Assembly: GCA_937921255.1 (NCBI GenBank)
Contig: CAKZSO010000024.1
Coordinates: 11,781-75,780 of the forward strand
Reading direction: 5' to 3'
DNA length: 64,000 nt
Source: Candidatus Bipolaricaulota bacterium
Lineage (GTDB): Bacteria; Bipolaricaulota; Bipolaricaulia; Bipolaricaulales; Bipolaricaulaceae
The notes under the pieces are model-generated. The model worked only from the letters and a program-made list of their open reading frames with translations, was not told where the DNA came from and searched no databases. Shown here piece by piece: positions 30,023 to 40,129 of the stretch (its first letter is position 1; every line of letters begins with the position of its first letter). The position numbers and the translations under genes are program-made.

Positions 30023-30071
30023 TCAGGTTGTTGACACCTTGGTGGCTTCGTGGTCGCGTGGGGAACGCAGG

Positions 30072-30824
30072 CTAACGGCGCGCCGCGTGAGCGATGGCGG
30101 CGAACGCCCCGGGATCGAGCGACGCCCCGCCCACGAGCGCCCCGTCCACGTCGGGGAGGGAGAGGAACTCCCGAGCGTTGTCGGGCTTGACGGATCCTCC
30201 GTACTGGACCCGGATCTCGTCCCCCTTGGCTCCGAAACGATCGCGGAGCCAGCCTCGGACCTGGCTCGCCATAGCTTGGGCGTCGGCGGGCTGGGCAGCC
30301 ACGCCGGTCCCGATCGCCCACACCGGCTCGTAGGCGATCACCAGCCCCCGCGGGTCGTCGCCGAGCTCCGAGGCACCCGCCTCAAGCTGGCGCGCGACGA
30401 CCTCCCACGCCCTCCCTGCACGGCGCTCGTCCAAGGTCTCCCCTACGCACAGGATCGGCACCTGCCCGTGCGCGGTCACGGCCTGCACCTTTCGGCCGAT
30501 AAGCGCGTCGTCCTCGCCGAACAGGTGCCGGCGCTCCGAATGACCGCACACCACGTACCGGACCCCGAGGTCGGTGAGCTGAACCACCGACACCTCACCC
30601 GTGAACGCCCCCGAGGCTTCCGGATGAGCGTTCTGAGCACCGAGTGCGATCGGCGTCCCGACAAGCATCTCCGCCGCGGCAGGAAGTGCGGTGAACGACG
30701 GAAGGACCACCACATCGAGGCCTGGGTCCCGCCCGACGAGTTCGATCAGCCGTCTCAGGTACGAACGGGCCTCGGGCACCGTCTTGTGCATCTTCCAGTT
30801 CGCGACGACGATCGGTCTGCGCAT
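30072..30824 (-). CDS. tpiA: Triosephosphate isomerase
   Basis: [34 protein letters not shown]. Confidence 0.98.
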   Translation of the reverse strand: MRRPIVVANWKMHKTVPEARSYLRRLIELVGRDPGLDVVVLPSFTALPAAAEMLVGTPIALGAQNAHPEASGAFTGEVSVVQLTDLGVRYVVCGHSERRHLFGEDDALIGRKVQAVTAHGQVPILCVGETLDERRAGRAWEVVARQLEAGASELGDDPRGLVIAYEPVWAIGTGVAAQPADAQAMASQVRGWLRDRFGAKGDEIRVQYGGSVKPDNAREFLSLPDVDGALVGGASLDPGAFAAIAHAARR

Positions 30825-30840
30825 CCTGCCTCCTTCCCGA

Positions 30841-30870
30841 TTGACAAACCCCATCCTAAGGGCCTATCAT
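30841..30870 (+). promoter_or_regulatory. Putative sigma70 promoter for SPFH-yycJ
   Basis: TTGACA-18bp-TATCAT. Confidence 0.55.
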
Positions 30871-30896
30871 GCCCGCGGCAACCGAAGGAGGCGACG

Positions 30897-31643
30897 ATGA
30901 TAACGTTTCTTGCGATCGCGGCGTTGGTTGTGCTGTTCCTGTCGAGCGCGATCAAGGTCGTTCGGGAGTACGAGCGGGGGGTGATCTTCCGCCTCGGCCG
31001 CCTCGTCGGGGCAAAGGGGCCCGGGCTGTTCCTCATCATCCCGCTCGTGGACAAGATGGTGAAGGTGGACCTCCGGACGATCACCCTCGACGTCCCGCCC
31101 CAGGAGGTCATCACCCGCGACAACGTCCCGGTGAACGTGAACGCCGTCGTCTACTTCCGCGTGGTGGACCCCCAAGCGTCGGTGGTCGAAGTCCTCGACT
31201 ACATCGAGGCCACCCGCCAGATCTCGATGACCACTCTGCGCTCTGTGCTGGGACGGGTCGAACTTGACGACATTCTCGCCGAGCGGGAGAAGCTGAACCG
31301 CGAGCTCCAGCAGATCATCGACGAGCACACCGACCCCTGGGGGATCAAGGTGAGCACGGTCGAGATCAAGGACGTCAAGATCCCGAACGAGATGCAGCGG
31401 GCGATCGCCCGCCAGGCGGAGGCGGAGCGGGAACGGCGGAGCAAGGTCATCAACGCGGAAGGGGAGTTCCAAGCCGCGGAAAAGCTCCGGGAGGCGGCGG
31501 CGATCATGCGCGAGGCCCCGGGGGCCTTGCAGCTCCGGTACCTCCAGACCTTGTCCGAGATCTCCACCGAGAACGCAACCACGATCGTGTTCCCGGTCCC
31601 GATCGAGCTCCTCGACGCGCTGCGCGGTCGCACCTCAAGTTGA
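30897..31643 (+). CDS. SPFH/stomatin (slipin) family protein
   Basis: [34 protein letters not shown]. Confidence 0.95.
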   Translation: MITFLAIAALVVLFLSSAIKVVREYERGVIFRLGRLVGAKGPGLFLIIPLVDKMVKVDLRTITLDVPPQEVITRDNVPVNVNAVVYFRVVDPQASVVEVLDYIEATRQISMTTLRSVLGRVELDDILAEREKLNRELQQIIDEHTDPWGIKVSTVEIKDVKIPNEMQRAIARQAEAERERRSKVINAEGEFQAAEKLREAAAIMREAPGALQLRYLQTLSEISTENATTIVFPVPIELLDALRGRTSS

Positions 31644-32374
31644 GGATCTGCGCGCTGGGGAGCGGTTCCTCCGGGAACGCCCTCCTCGTGGAGGGCCCGC
31701 GGGGGGGCCTCCTCGTGGACGCTGGCCTCCCCTGGCGCGAGGTCGAGAGACGGGCTGCCCAGGCCGGGATGACGCTCACCGGGCTCAGGTGGGCTCTCCT
31801 CACCCACGAGCACACCGACCACGTGCGCGGGCTCGCCCCGCTCCTTCGCCGCGGGGTTCAGATCGCAGCGAGCGCCGGCACGCTCCGCGCCCTGGGGATC
31901 CCCGGGCTTCCCCTCGAGCCGGGGGTCGAGATCGAAGGAGTGCATGTGTTCCCGTTTTCGGTCTCGCATGACGCTCGGGAACCGCTGGGGTTCCGGCTGG
32001 AAACCAACGGCGCGCGCGCTGGGATCGCCACCGACCTCGGACGGATCACGGACGAGGTCCTATCGGCCCTCACGGGCTGTCAGGCCGTGATCCTGGAAGC
32101 AAACCACGACGTCGCCCGCCTCCTCGCGGGGCCGTACCCGTGGCCGCTCAAGCTGCGGATCCTTGGGCCAGAGGGCCACCTCGCGAACGAGGAGGCGGGC
32201 CAGGCGATCCGCCTCCTGGGAGAAGGGCTTCAGCACGTCGTCCTCGCTCACCTCTCCGACGAGAACAACACCCCGGCGCTCGCCCTCGAAACCGTGGCCA
32301 AAGCGGTGGGCGATTGGGGGGGGCGGATCTACCTCACCTACCCCGATCGCCCTGGGGTCGTCGTCCGCGTGTAG
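31640..32374 (+). CDS. MBL-fold metallohydrolase (YycJ/WalJ-like)
   Basis: SGSSGN, THEHTDH, SHDA, LEANHD, GHL.N, HLS..NN. Confidence 0.9.
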   Translation: MRICALGSGSSGNALLVEGPRGGLLVDAGLPWREVERRAAQAGMTLTGLRWALLTHEHTDHVRGLAPLLRRGVQIAASAGTLRALGIPGLPLEPGVEIEGVHVFPFSVSHDAREPLGFRLETNGARAGIATDLGRITDEVLSALTGCQAVILEANHDVARLLAGPYPWPLKLRILGPEGHLANEEAGQAIRLLGEGLQHVVLAHLSDENNTPALALETVAKAVGDWGGRIYLTYPDRPGVVVRV

Positions 32375-34029
32375 GGGCGGACGACAGCCAGGTTCGCCAT
32401 CCCCTGGATGATCTTCCCCACGCTCGGAACGGCGGTCCATCCGCTCCAGAAGTCGGGGTTGCGGGTCGTCTGGTAGTACACGAGAACGACGTACTCCGGC
32501 TTGTCCCACGGGAAGAACGCGGCCATCCCCGCGGTGACGTGGTCGGAAACGTAGCCCCGGCCGGGGAGCGCGATCTCACCCGTCCCTGTCTTCCCTGCAA
32601 CGAGGAACCCCTCGATGTCGGCCGGGGACCGCGGTCGGTAGGGATCGCCCGGGTTGACGGTGAACCTCAGGACCTCGCGCATCGTCGCGCACGCCTCCGG
32701 GGACGCGACCGTCCGGACGGCCTCGACCGGACCCGGCAGGATGCGGGGCCGGAGGAGGGTCCCCCCGTTGGCTAAAGCAGCGAACGCCGTTGCCAGCTGG
32801 ATCCCCGTGACGGCAACCCCTTGCCCGAACGATGCGATCGCCAGGTCAAGCTCGGTCCAGCGGTCCACGGGCCGCAGAATCCCCGCCACCTCGCCGGGGA
32901 GTTCGATCCCCGTCCGCTCGCCGAACCCCATCCGCGTCAGGTAGGCGTGGGTCTTCGCGATCCCCAACCGCTGGGCCACCTGCACGAGGACGGTGTTCAC
33001 GCTCTCGGCCATCGCCCACCGGAACCGCAGCAGTCCGTAGCTCTTCTTCTTGGCGTTGCTGACCGAAACGCCGCTTACGCGGATTGGGGAGGCCCCGTCG
33101 AAGAACTCGTCGGGAGAGAGCAGGTCCTGATCCATCGCCGCAAGCGCGATGAGGGCCTTGAACGTAGACCCGGGCTCGAACACGTGGGTAGCCGACCACG
33201 GGTGGAGGAGCGCCGGGTCGGGCCGCGCTGGGTCGACCGCAGGGCCGTGGGCGAGGGCGAGGACCTCGCCGGTCCGGGGATCCATCACCAGCGCGAACCC
33301 GCGGTCCGCGCCCACGTACTCCGCCAGCCCGCGCGCGATCTCCTTTTCGCAGATCCACTGGATGCGCGTGTCGAGCGTCAGGTGAAGCGGGGTGCCGGGG
33401 GCACCCGGCTCCTCCTCCCACAGGTCGTAGACCTGGTTCCCCGGGCCGCGGAGCAGGCGCACCCTGCGAGGGCGCCCCGCGAGCTGGGAGTCGAACAGGA
33501 GCTCGATCCCCGCCAAACCATGGCCATCGACGCCGACCACACCAAGGACGGCCAGGGCAAGCGGCCCCTGGGGATAGGCCCGCTTCCAGGAGTCGAAGAA
33601 CAGGAGGCCGCGGATCCCCAAGCCCTGCGCCTGGGCCCGGATCCTTTGCCCGACAGCGTAGTCCACGCCGCGGGCGATCCAGGTGAAGTACCCTTGGCGG
33701 TACACCTTGCCCACGGCCTCGGTCCGGGTCATCCCAAGCTCGCGAACGAGGAGGTCCACGAGGAGCTCGGGCTTGGTGAGAAGCGAGTTGTCGAGGGCGA
33801 CATCGTACGCCGGAACGTCGTACACAAGCGGGACCCCGTTCCGGTCGTAGATTGTCCCCCGCTGGGAGGGTATCTCGACCACGTCCTCCTGGATGGATTG
33901 GGCCACTGCCGACCAGCGGCGGTGCTCCACGACCTGGAGCTGGACGAGACGCCCCACGACGACGAGGGCGCCCACTCCCAGAAGAAGGAACGCCACCGCT
34001 GCCCGGTTAACGGCCCCCCCCTTCCCCAA
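32338..34029 (-). CDS. ftsI: Class B penicillin-binding protein (FtsI-like)
   Basis: RGTIYDRNG, EPGSTFK, SVN, KTGT; follows rsmH-ftsL. Confidence 0.88.
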   Translation of the reverse strand: MGKGGAVNRAAVAFLLLGVGALVVVGRLVQLQVVEHRRWSAVAQSIQEDVVEIPSQRGTIYDRNGVPLVYDVPAYDVALDNSLLTKPELLVDLLVRELGMTRTEAVGKVYRQGYFTWIARGVDYAVGQRIRAQAQGLGIRGLLFFDSWKRAYPQGPLALAVLGVVGVDGHGLAGIELLFDSQLAGRPRRVRLLRGPGNQVYDLWEEEPGAPGTPLHLTLDTRIQWICEKEIARGLAEYVGADRGFALVMDPRTGEVLALAHGPAVDPARPDPALLHPWSATHVFEPGSTFKALIALAAMDQDLLSPDEFFDGASPIRVSGVSVSNAKKKSYGLLRFRWAMAESVNTVLVQVAQRLGIAKTHAYLTRMGFGERTGIELPGEVAGILRPVDRWTELDLAIASFGQGVAVTGIQLATAFAALANGGTLLRPRILPGPVEAVRTVASPEACATMREVLRFTVNPGDPYRPRSPADIEGFLVAGKTGTGEIALPGRGYVSDHVTAGMAAFFPWDKPEYVVLVYYQTTRNPDFWSGWTAVPSVGKIIQGMANLAVVRPYTRTTTPGRSG

Positions 34030-34333
34030 CGATGTGGTAGTGGGTGCGTTTCTCGTCGAACGGGACCATCCCTAGCGCCCGCGCCCGTGCGGCGACCGTG
34101 TCGAGCGCGTAGGCGCGGTCTACATCGTAGACGAGGGCAAGCTTCACCCGCTCGAGCTCCTGCAGCGCAAGGACCTTCCTCGCCCGCTCCGCCCGCAGCT
34201 GAGACAGAACCGACCCCTGCCAGAGGTACAAGAACACGAGACCCGCCACCGCGGCCCCCGCAGCAATGGCCAGCGCCACGCCTGCCCACCCCGGAAGGCG
34301 CTGCTCTTCCCAACGCAGCTCAGACCGGTTCAC
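34007..34333 (-). CDS. ftsL: Cell division protein FtsL-like
   Basis: TM helix plus coiled coil and ARALGM, between rsmH and ftsI. Confidence 0.7.
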   Translation of the reverse strand: MNRSELRWEEQRLPGWAGVALAIAAGAAVAGLVFLYLWQGSVLSQLRAERARKVLALQELERVKLALVYDVDRAYALDTVAARARALGMVPFDEKRTHYHIVGEGGGR

Positions 34334-35282
34334 CCCCCAAGGGTACGGCCCGCAGCGCGGGCGATCCGGGACAGTTGGCCGGGTCTGGACCGACCTGAGG
34401 CACCCGCCCGGCGCGGAGCTTCGCCGACCGGGCCCGCGGGTTCCCCGCGAGCTCCGCTTCCCCCGGTGTCACGGGTTTTTTCGTCAGGATCTCAACTCGC
34501 CCGGCGAGGGCCTCCGCCCGGAAGAACCGCTTGGCGATCCGGTCCTCGAGGGAGTGAAACGAGATCACAGAGAGGACGCCGCCGGGGCCGAGGAGGGAGC
34601 GCGCAGCGGGAAGCGCCTCCCGCAGGGCCGAGAGCTCGTCGTTCACCGCAATCCGGAGGGCCTGGAACGTCCGCGTCGCGGGGTGGATCCGGTGCCGTCC
34701 GGGGGGATAGAGGCGGGCCACAAGCGAGGCGAGCTGCCGCGTGGTGTGAACGGGCCGGCCGCGGACGATCGCCCGGGCGATCCGCCGGGCGTACCGCTCC
34801 TCCCCATACTCGAGGAGGATTCGGGCGAGGTCCGGCTCGGGGAGGCCGTTCACGAGGTCGGCGGCGGTTGTGGACGCGTCGGGGTCCATCCGCATGTCCA
34901 GGGGCCCGTCGGCGGAGAAGGAGAACCCCCGCTCGGGGGAGAGGAGCTGGAGGGAAGAGACCCCGAGGTCGAACAGGACCCCGTCCAAGGAGGGGATCCC
35001 GAGGGGGGCGAGGAGGGATCGGAGGTCGCGGAAGTCGCCTCGGAGGAGCGTCAGGTGGTCCCCAAACCGAGCGAGCCGCTCCCGGGCCCGGGCCAGGGCC
35101 TCGGGGTCCCGGTCGATCCCCACGACCCGCGCCCCGCGGGCAAGAAGGGCCTCCGCGTGCCCACCCAGGCCGACGGTCGCGTCAAGAAACGCCTTCCCAG
35201 GCCGGGGAGCGAGGAAGGCCACGACCTCCGCCACGAGAACCGGCTCGTGGAATCTGGTTGAGGGGTGGCCGACGCCTTCCAT
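34320..35282 (-). CDS. rsmH: 16S rRNA m4C1402 methyltransferase
   Basis: HEPVL, DAT.GLGGH, DLGVSS, PLDMRM, FQALRIAVN, FHSLED. Confidence 0.96.
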   Translation of the reverse strand: MEGVGHPSTRFHEPVLVAEVVAFLAPRPGKAFLDATVGLGGHAEALLARGARVVGIDRDPEALARARERLARFGDHLTLLRGDFRDLRSLLAPLGIPSLDGVLFDLGVSSLQLLSPERGFSFSADGPLDMRMDPDASTTAADLVNGLPEPDLARILLEYGEERYARRIARAIVRGRPVHTTRQLASLVARLYPPGRHRIHPATRTFQALRIAVNDELSALREALPAARSLLGPGGVLSVISFHSLEDRIAKRFFRAEALAGRVEILTKKPVTPGEAELAGNPRARSAKLRAGRVPQVGPDPANCPGSPALRAVPLGGEPV

Positions 35283-35367
35283 CACCGTGCGGGCGACGCC
35301 CAACCGGTGGGTTCACACCGGAGTTCGTTCGGCTGCCCGGGGATAGCCGTGGAGAGCTCGGGCACGC

Positions 35368-37725
35368 CTACCGCGTTCGGAGGAGGACCGCGCTCAGGTT
35401 CTTCTCCCAACGGTCCCATGTCCACCGGTCGGCGAGCTCGAGGACCGCCGCGAGCTGGAGGATCGGGTCGGGCACGGACTCCGGCGCGAGGAGCTCCCGG
35501 ATGTTCCCGTAGGTTACGGAGATGTTCGCGTCGCTCTCCGGTGCCCCGGGAACCCCGGGGACAAGGGTTGAGACATACGCCGCATCGGGGTTGAGGCGGA
35601 TCCAGGGGATTCCGGCCTCCAGCCACCCCTGGTACTGGAGGACGAGGTGGGGGTAGTCCGGGGTGTTCTGAACATGATCCTCGACCGAGCCGATCACGAT
35701 GACGCGGAGGTCGGGGTTGGCCCGGAGGGCTGCCCCGTACGAGCGGCTCATGTCCCGGATCTCCCAGAACCGGCGCGCCTCCTCCAAGGTCGCGACGTCG
35801 GACGGCCAGGGGGCCAGGACTCCCCGGGCAACGGCCGCCTCGAGGGCTTGGACGGAGTAGACCCGCTTCTCCCTCTCCCCAAACGTCCCCGTGTACGCCC
35901 CAAGGGCGTAGTCCCCCAAGCCGTACCGGCCGTCCCCGTTCCAGTCGTGGTAGAGGACGCCGGGGATGGGGCTCCCCCGGGGGCCGGCCGCCCCGGACCG
36001 GGCCGTGGGGTCCCAGCGGAGGTTCGAGTAGTCGACCTCGCACTGGACGCCCGCCGGGGTGAGGCGGCACGAGCCGGGGACGTAGGCCGGGTTCGGATTC
36101 TCCCAGCCCCCGAGGTCCACGGTCGTGAACGGGACCCCGGCCGGGTTCTCCCAGCCCACGTACCAGTCCACGGCCATCTCCTCCCCGAAGGGCCCAAAGG
36201 CAGCGACGGCGGTGTTCCCGCCGTTGGAGAGGCCGATCAGGCCCACCTGGGTGACCGGGTAGGGGAGGAGGTCGGCCACCCCGCAGCCGGTCGTGGTGAA
36301 GGCCTCTCCCCTCAGAAACCGGACCACGTCCCGCAGCGCCCGAAGGGATCCCTGGCCCCGGTGGTCGTAGGTCTCTCCTGAGGCCAGGGGCGGCCGTCCA
36401 CCTCCCGGGAACGCGAACTGAACGTGGACAAGCCCTTGGGAGACGTACGGGTCGGGCCCCGGCCGGGGGGAAAGGTCGGCCGAGCCGGGCGTGTCCGCGC
36501 CGGGGACCTCGACAACCGCTGCCGTCCCGTCCCCATACCGCGGCTGGTCGGGGTAGGTGAGCCGGACGACGATTCCTCTGTCTGGAGCCGCCTCCGAAGC
36601 GACCCAGACCGTGACCGTCGGGCCGCCGGGCAGGCGCTGGGGCTCGTCCGGGGCGCAGGGGGAGAGCGGGGCCGCTCCCTCCCAGCCTCGGTAGGCCTGC
36701 GCCATCTCTAAGACCGTAGCCCACTTGACCCGCCCGCTCGCCACAAGGGGGTCGAGCACCTCGGTCAACCACGCTTCCCACAGGGCGAACTCCGCCTCGT
36801 CGTCCCCCGGGTAGAGGAAGTCCCCCGGGTGGACGGTGGCGATGAACGTGTTCACCATCCCTGGGTGGGCGGCGTGAAGGGTGTTCCTCAGCGCAACGGT
36901 CACGTAGTCGAACGCTCGACCCGTATACGGCTTTGGCACCGCCTCCGCCCCTGAGCAGTGGGCCGGCCACACCCCCGAGGGAACGTAGACGATCTCTCCA
37001 GCCGGATCGTGGCTCGTTCGTTTTTCCACCGACCCCGCGCCTGCTGGGCGCCATGGGTTGACCCCCAGGAACGCTGCCGGGATCCCTTGCGTGGCGGGGT
37101 TCTTGTAGTTGATGATTGTTTGCAGACCCACCGCTTTCGCCGCTTCATACATCCCGGGGTAGAGGTTCCCCCCGCTCCACGTGACGACCCGCCCCCCCGA
37201 CAGGGCCTCGATGAGATCGATCTCCTTCCGCAGGGAGTTCACCCAGTCTGAAACAGGGCGGGCATCCGCGTTGTTGAGGTGGAAGTCCTCGTGGAAGTGA
37301 AGGGCGATCTCGTGCCCGCGCCCAGAAAGGAAGCGCAGGATCGGGTCCCCCCGCCCCTGGGCCACCTCCGTGAACGGCCGCTGGACCTGAACCGTGAGCC
37401 GTCCGCCGTGTCGCTCGACGATCTCCGCCAGCCGCACGAGGCGCGACCGATCAAGGTCGTAGCGCACACGTTCGAAGTACTCCCGGTGGGGTTCTACATG
37501 CACCCCCACGGCGAACAGGACGACCGCGTCCGTTCCCGTATCGGTAGGGATGGTCTCCTGGAACTCAACCAACTCCGTCGGTCGGTCTCGCCCCGAACAA
37601 CAGCACTCGTCGGGCGTCCCCCGGTAGTACGCCCCCTGGTCCACCTTCCGCGGAAGATCGGTACCCCATCCGAGGAGCGTTAGCCCAACCAAAGCTCCCG
37701 CAACAACCTTCACCGCCTGGGTCAT
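35368..37725 (-). CDS. Secreted fusion of a NodB/deacetylase-like barrel and an alpha/beta hydrolase
   Basis: VHVEP, GHEIALHFH, TVHP; GLSNGG elbow; DWNGDG Ca loop; AGGAGG-like RBS. Confidence 0.7.
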   Translation of the reverse strand: MTQAVKVVAGALVGLTLLGWGTDLPRKVDQGAYYRGTPDECCCSGRDRPTELVEFQETIPTDTGTDAVVLFAVGVHVEPHREYFERVRYDLDRSRLVRLAEIVERHGGRLTVQVQRPFTEVAQGRGDPILRFLSGRGHEIALHFHEDFHLNNADARPVSDWVNSLRKEIDLIEALSGGRVVTWSGGNLYPGMYEAAKAVGLQTIINYKNPATQGIPAAFLGVNPWRPAGAGSVEKRTSHDPAGEIVYVPSGVWPAHCSGAEAVPKPYTGRAFDYVTVALRNTLHAAHPGMVNTFIATVHPGDFLYPGDDEAEFALWEAWLTEVLDPLVASGRVKWATVLEMAQAYRGWEGAAPLSPCAPDEPQRLPGGPTVTVWVASEAAPDRGIVVRLTYPDQPRYGDGTAAVVEVPGADTPGSADLSPRPGPDPYVSQGLVHVQFAFPGGGRPPLASGETYDHRGQGSLRALRDVVRFLRGEAFTTTGCGVADLLPYPVTQVGLIGLSNGGNTAVAAFGPFGEEMAVDWYVGWENPAGVPFTTVDLGGWENPNPAYVPGSCRLTPAGVQCEVDYSNLRWDPTARSGAAGPRGSPIPGVLYHDWNGDGRYGLGDYALGAYTGTFGEREKRVYSVQALEAAVARGVLAPWPSDVATLEEARRFWEIRDMSRSYGAALRANPDLRVIVIGSVEDHVQNTPDYPHLVLQYQGWLEAGIPWIRLNPDAAYVSTLVPGVPGAPESDANISVTYGNIRELLAPESVPDPILQLAAVLELADRWTWDRWEKNLSAVLLRTR

Positions 37726-37870
37726 CGTCCACCTCCTCTGCCGCCACGGTGGGGGGCACCCCAGCCCTGGGACCACCTCCGGCCGGTCAAGGAACGGTCA
37801 ACGCGGTCCCCTGCCTAGCGCGAAGGTCCGCCGGGACTCCCGGTCCCATCCACGAAGGGGGCGTTCTCCC

Positions 37871-39193
37871 CTACGCCGAGGGGCCCTTCGCCGCGGCGGC
37901 GAACGCCTCCCCCAGGACCGCGAGCCCCTCGAGGAGGGCGTCGTCGGGGGTCACGAGGGGGACGAGGAACCGGACCACGTTCCCGTACACCCCGGCGGTG
38001 GGGAAGACCACGCCCCGCCTGAGAGCCTCCAGCTGGACCCGCTTTGTTGTCTCCGGGTCCGGCTCGCGGGTCTTCCGGTCCCGGACGAGCTCGACCCCGA
38101 CCATCGCCCCGAGGCCCCGGACGTCGCCGATCACGGGGTAGGTCCGCTCGAGGGCCCGGAGCTCCCGGATCAGGATCTCCCCGATCCGTACCGCCCGGGC
38201 GAGAAGTCCCTCCTCCCGGATCACGTCGAGGACGGCGAGGGCGGCGGCGCAGGCCACGGGGTTCCCGCCGTAGGTGGACCCGATCCCGCCGAGGACGGGC
38301 GCGTCCATCACCTCGGCCTTTCCGATCACCCCCGACAGGGGGAGGCCCCCGGCGATGGACTTGGCGACGCAAATGAGATCGGGCTCGACGTCGGAGTGTT
38401 CGCAGGCGAAGAACCGCCCCGTCCGGCCGACCCCGCACTGGACCTCGTCCGCCACGAGGAGAAACCCGTGTCGGTCGGCAAGCTCGCGGAGGAAGGGGAG
38501 GAGCTCGGGCGGGGGGACGATGAACCCCCCCTCCCCGATCACCGGCTCGACGACCACGCACGCCACCTCGTGGGGGTCGACCAGCGAGAGCAGCCGCCGC
38601 TCGATCGCCGCCATCGGGATCGGGTACCGGTAGGGATACGGATACGGCAGGCGGTAGACATCCGGGGCGTAGGGCCCGAACCCCGCCTTGTAGGGGACCG
38701 CCTTGTGGGTCATCGTCATCGCCAGCAGCGTCCGGCCGTGGAAGGCGTTGTCGAAGACGAGGACGGCCTTGCGGCCCGTGGCAGCCCGGGAGATCTTCAC
38801 CGCGTTCTCCACCGCCTCGGCCCCGGAGTTGAACAACGCGCATTTCTTGGGTGTGGGTCCGGGGGCGAGTTCCGCCAGGCGGGAGGCGAGCTCGACGTAC
38901 GGCTCGTAGGGGACCGCGGTGAAGTCGGTGTGGAGGGAGAGTTCGGCCTGGGCCTTGACCGCGGCCACGACCTTGGGGTGGTTGTGGCCGACGTTCATCA
39001 CTCCCCATCCGCCCGAGAAGTCAAGGAACCTGTTGCCATCGAGGTCCTCAATCACACATCCCTCCGCACGGGCAGCGTAGAACGGGGCCAGCGGGGAGAG
39101 GGGCTTGGCCACGTAGCGCTCCTTGCGGAAGTGGACCCCCTTCGACCTCGGACCGGGAACCTCTGTGACCAACCGGATGTACTTGCGCGCCAT
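37871..39193 (-). CDS. gabT: 4-aminobutyrate aminotransferase (class III PLP)
   Basis: NSGAEAVENAVK, FHGRT, EP.IGEGG, DEVQCG.GRTG, AKS. Confidence 0.9.
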   Translation of the reverse strand: MARKYIRLVTEVPGPRSKGVHFRKERYVAKPLSPLAPFYAARAEGCVIEDLDGNRFLDFSGGWGVMNVGHNHPKVVAAVKAQAELSLHTDFTAVPYEPYVELASRLAELAPGPTPKKCALFNSGAEAVENAVKISRAATGRKAVLVFDNAFHGRTLLAMTMTHKAVPYKAGFGPYAPDVYRLPYPYPYRYPIPMAAIERRLLSLVDPHEVACVVVEPVIGEGGFIVPPPELLPFLRELADRHGFLLVADEVQCGVGRTGRFFACEHSDVEPDLICVAKSIAGGLPLSGVIGKAEVMDAPVLGGIGSTYGGNPVACAAALAVLDVIREEGLLARAVRIGEILIRELRALERTYPVIGDVRGLGAMVGVELVRDRKTREPDPETTKRVQLEALRRGVVFPTAGVYGNVVRFLVPLVTPDDALLEGLAVLGEAFAAAAKGPSA

Positions 39194-39203
39194 GCGTCCT
39201 CCT

Positions 39204-40049
39204 CTAGTCGATCTCCACCAGCTCGCCCGGTGGAACCAACCGCACCGCAAACGGGAGGTTCATCGCCTCGATCTGACGGGCAGTCGACCCCAGATCCCCG
39301 CGGTAGCGACTGGAGATGTGAAACACGATGAGTTCCTTCTCGACCTCGGCCTTCCGAGCGACGTCGAGCGCCTCCCAGACCGTGGCGTGTTTGTACTCTT
39401 TGCGGTCCTCGTCGGCAAGGAACGTCGCCTCGTGGAGGAGGACCTCCGTGCCCCGCACCGAACCCGGGTTGAGCGGGACCGAGTCCCCACCGTACGAGAA
39501 GAGGAACTGGGTGTACTCCTCGGAGATCTCGTCCTTCTTCCCCGCCCGAACGAGGGCCACGATCTCCTCCTGGGGAAGGCCGCGGTACTCCTCCCGCAGC
39601 CGCCGCCGGACCTCGCACACGTTGTACCCCAAGGACGGCTCGCCCCGCGCGTGGACCGTCCCGAACGCCTCGACGTAGCGGGGCATCCGCCCCTCGAGGA
39701 GGGTCACCCGGTCGCCGGGCTGGAGGGGGATCCACTCCAGGTCGTACTGGAGGTTGCGGTTCGTGCGGGCGAAGTAGTGGATGAGCTCGGACACGAAGTG
39801 GCTCCCCGCCGGGTAGTGGACCCGCAGCTCCTTTTCGTGGTCGCCCATCGCGTTGTTGCGGATGTTGATGAGCCCCATCAGGCCCGAGATGTGGTCGGCG
39901 TGGCCGTGGGAGAGGAACGCGTGCTTGACGGCGAACACCTTGTTCTCAAGCAGCGAGCTCACCCCCTCGCCACAGTCGAACAGAATCCGATCGGGGGCGT
40001 AGTAGACCCACGTCGAGTAGAGAGCCTTGGAGAAGATGAGGGCCTTCAT
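39204..40049 (-). CDS. rnz: Ribonuclease Z, Thermotoga (TM) type
   Basis: FSKALYSTW, FDCGEGVS, HGHADH, HEATF, HISSRY; closely resembles T. maritima tRNase Z as recalled. Confidence 0.88.
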   Translation of the reverse strand: MKALIFSKALYSTWVYYAPDRILFDCGEGVSSLLENKVFAVKHAFLSHGHADHISGLMGLINIRNNAMGDHEKELRVHYPAGSHFVSELIHYFARTNRNLQYDLEWIPLQPGDRVTLLEGRMPRYVEAFGTVHARGEPSLGYNVCEVRRRLREEYRGLPQEEIVALVRAGKKDEISEEYTQFLFSYGGDSVPLNPGSVRGTEVLLHEATFLADEDRKEYKHATVWEALDVARKAEVEKELIVFHISSRYRGDLGSTARQIEAMNLPFAVRLVPPGELVEID

Positions 40050-40129
40050 CGCCTCAATCCTAACCGAAAGGATGCCCTCGGCTCACGCGAGCGTGGACAG
40101 CTTAGAAGGACGGGCTATACTGCCCCCCC

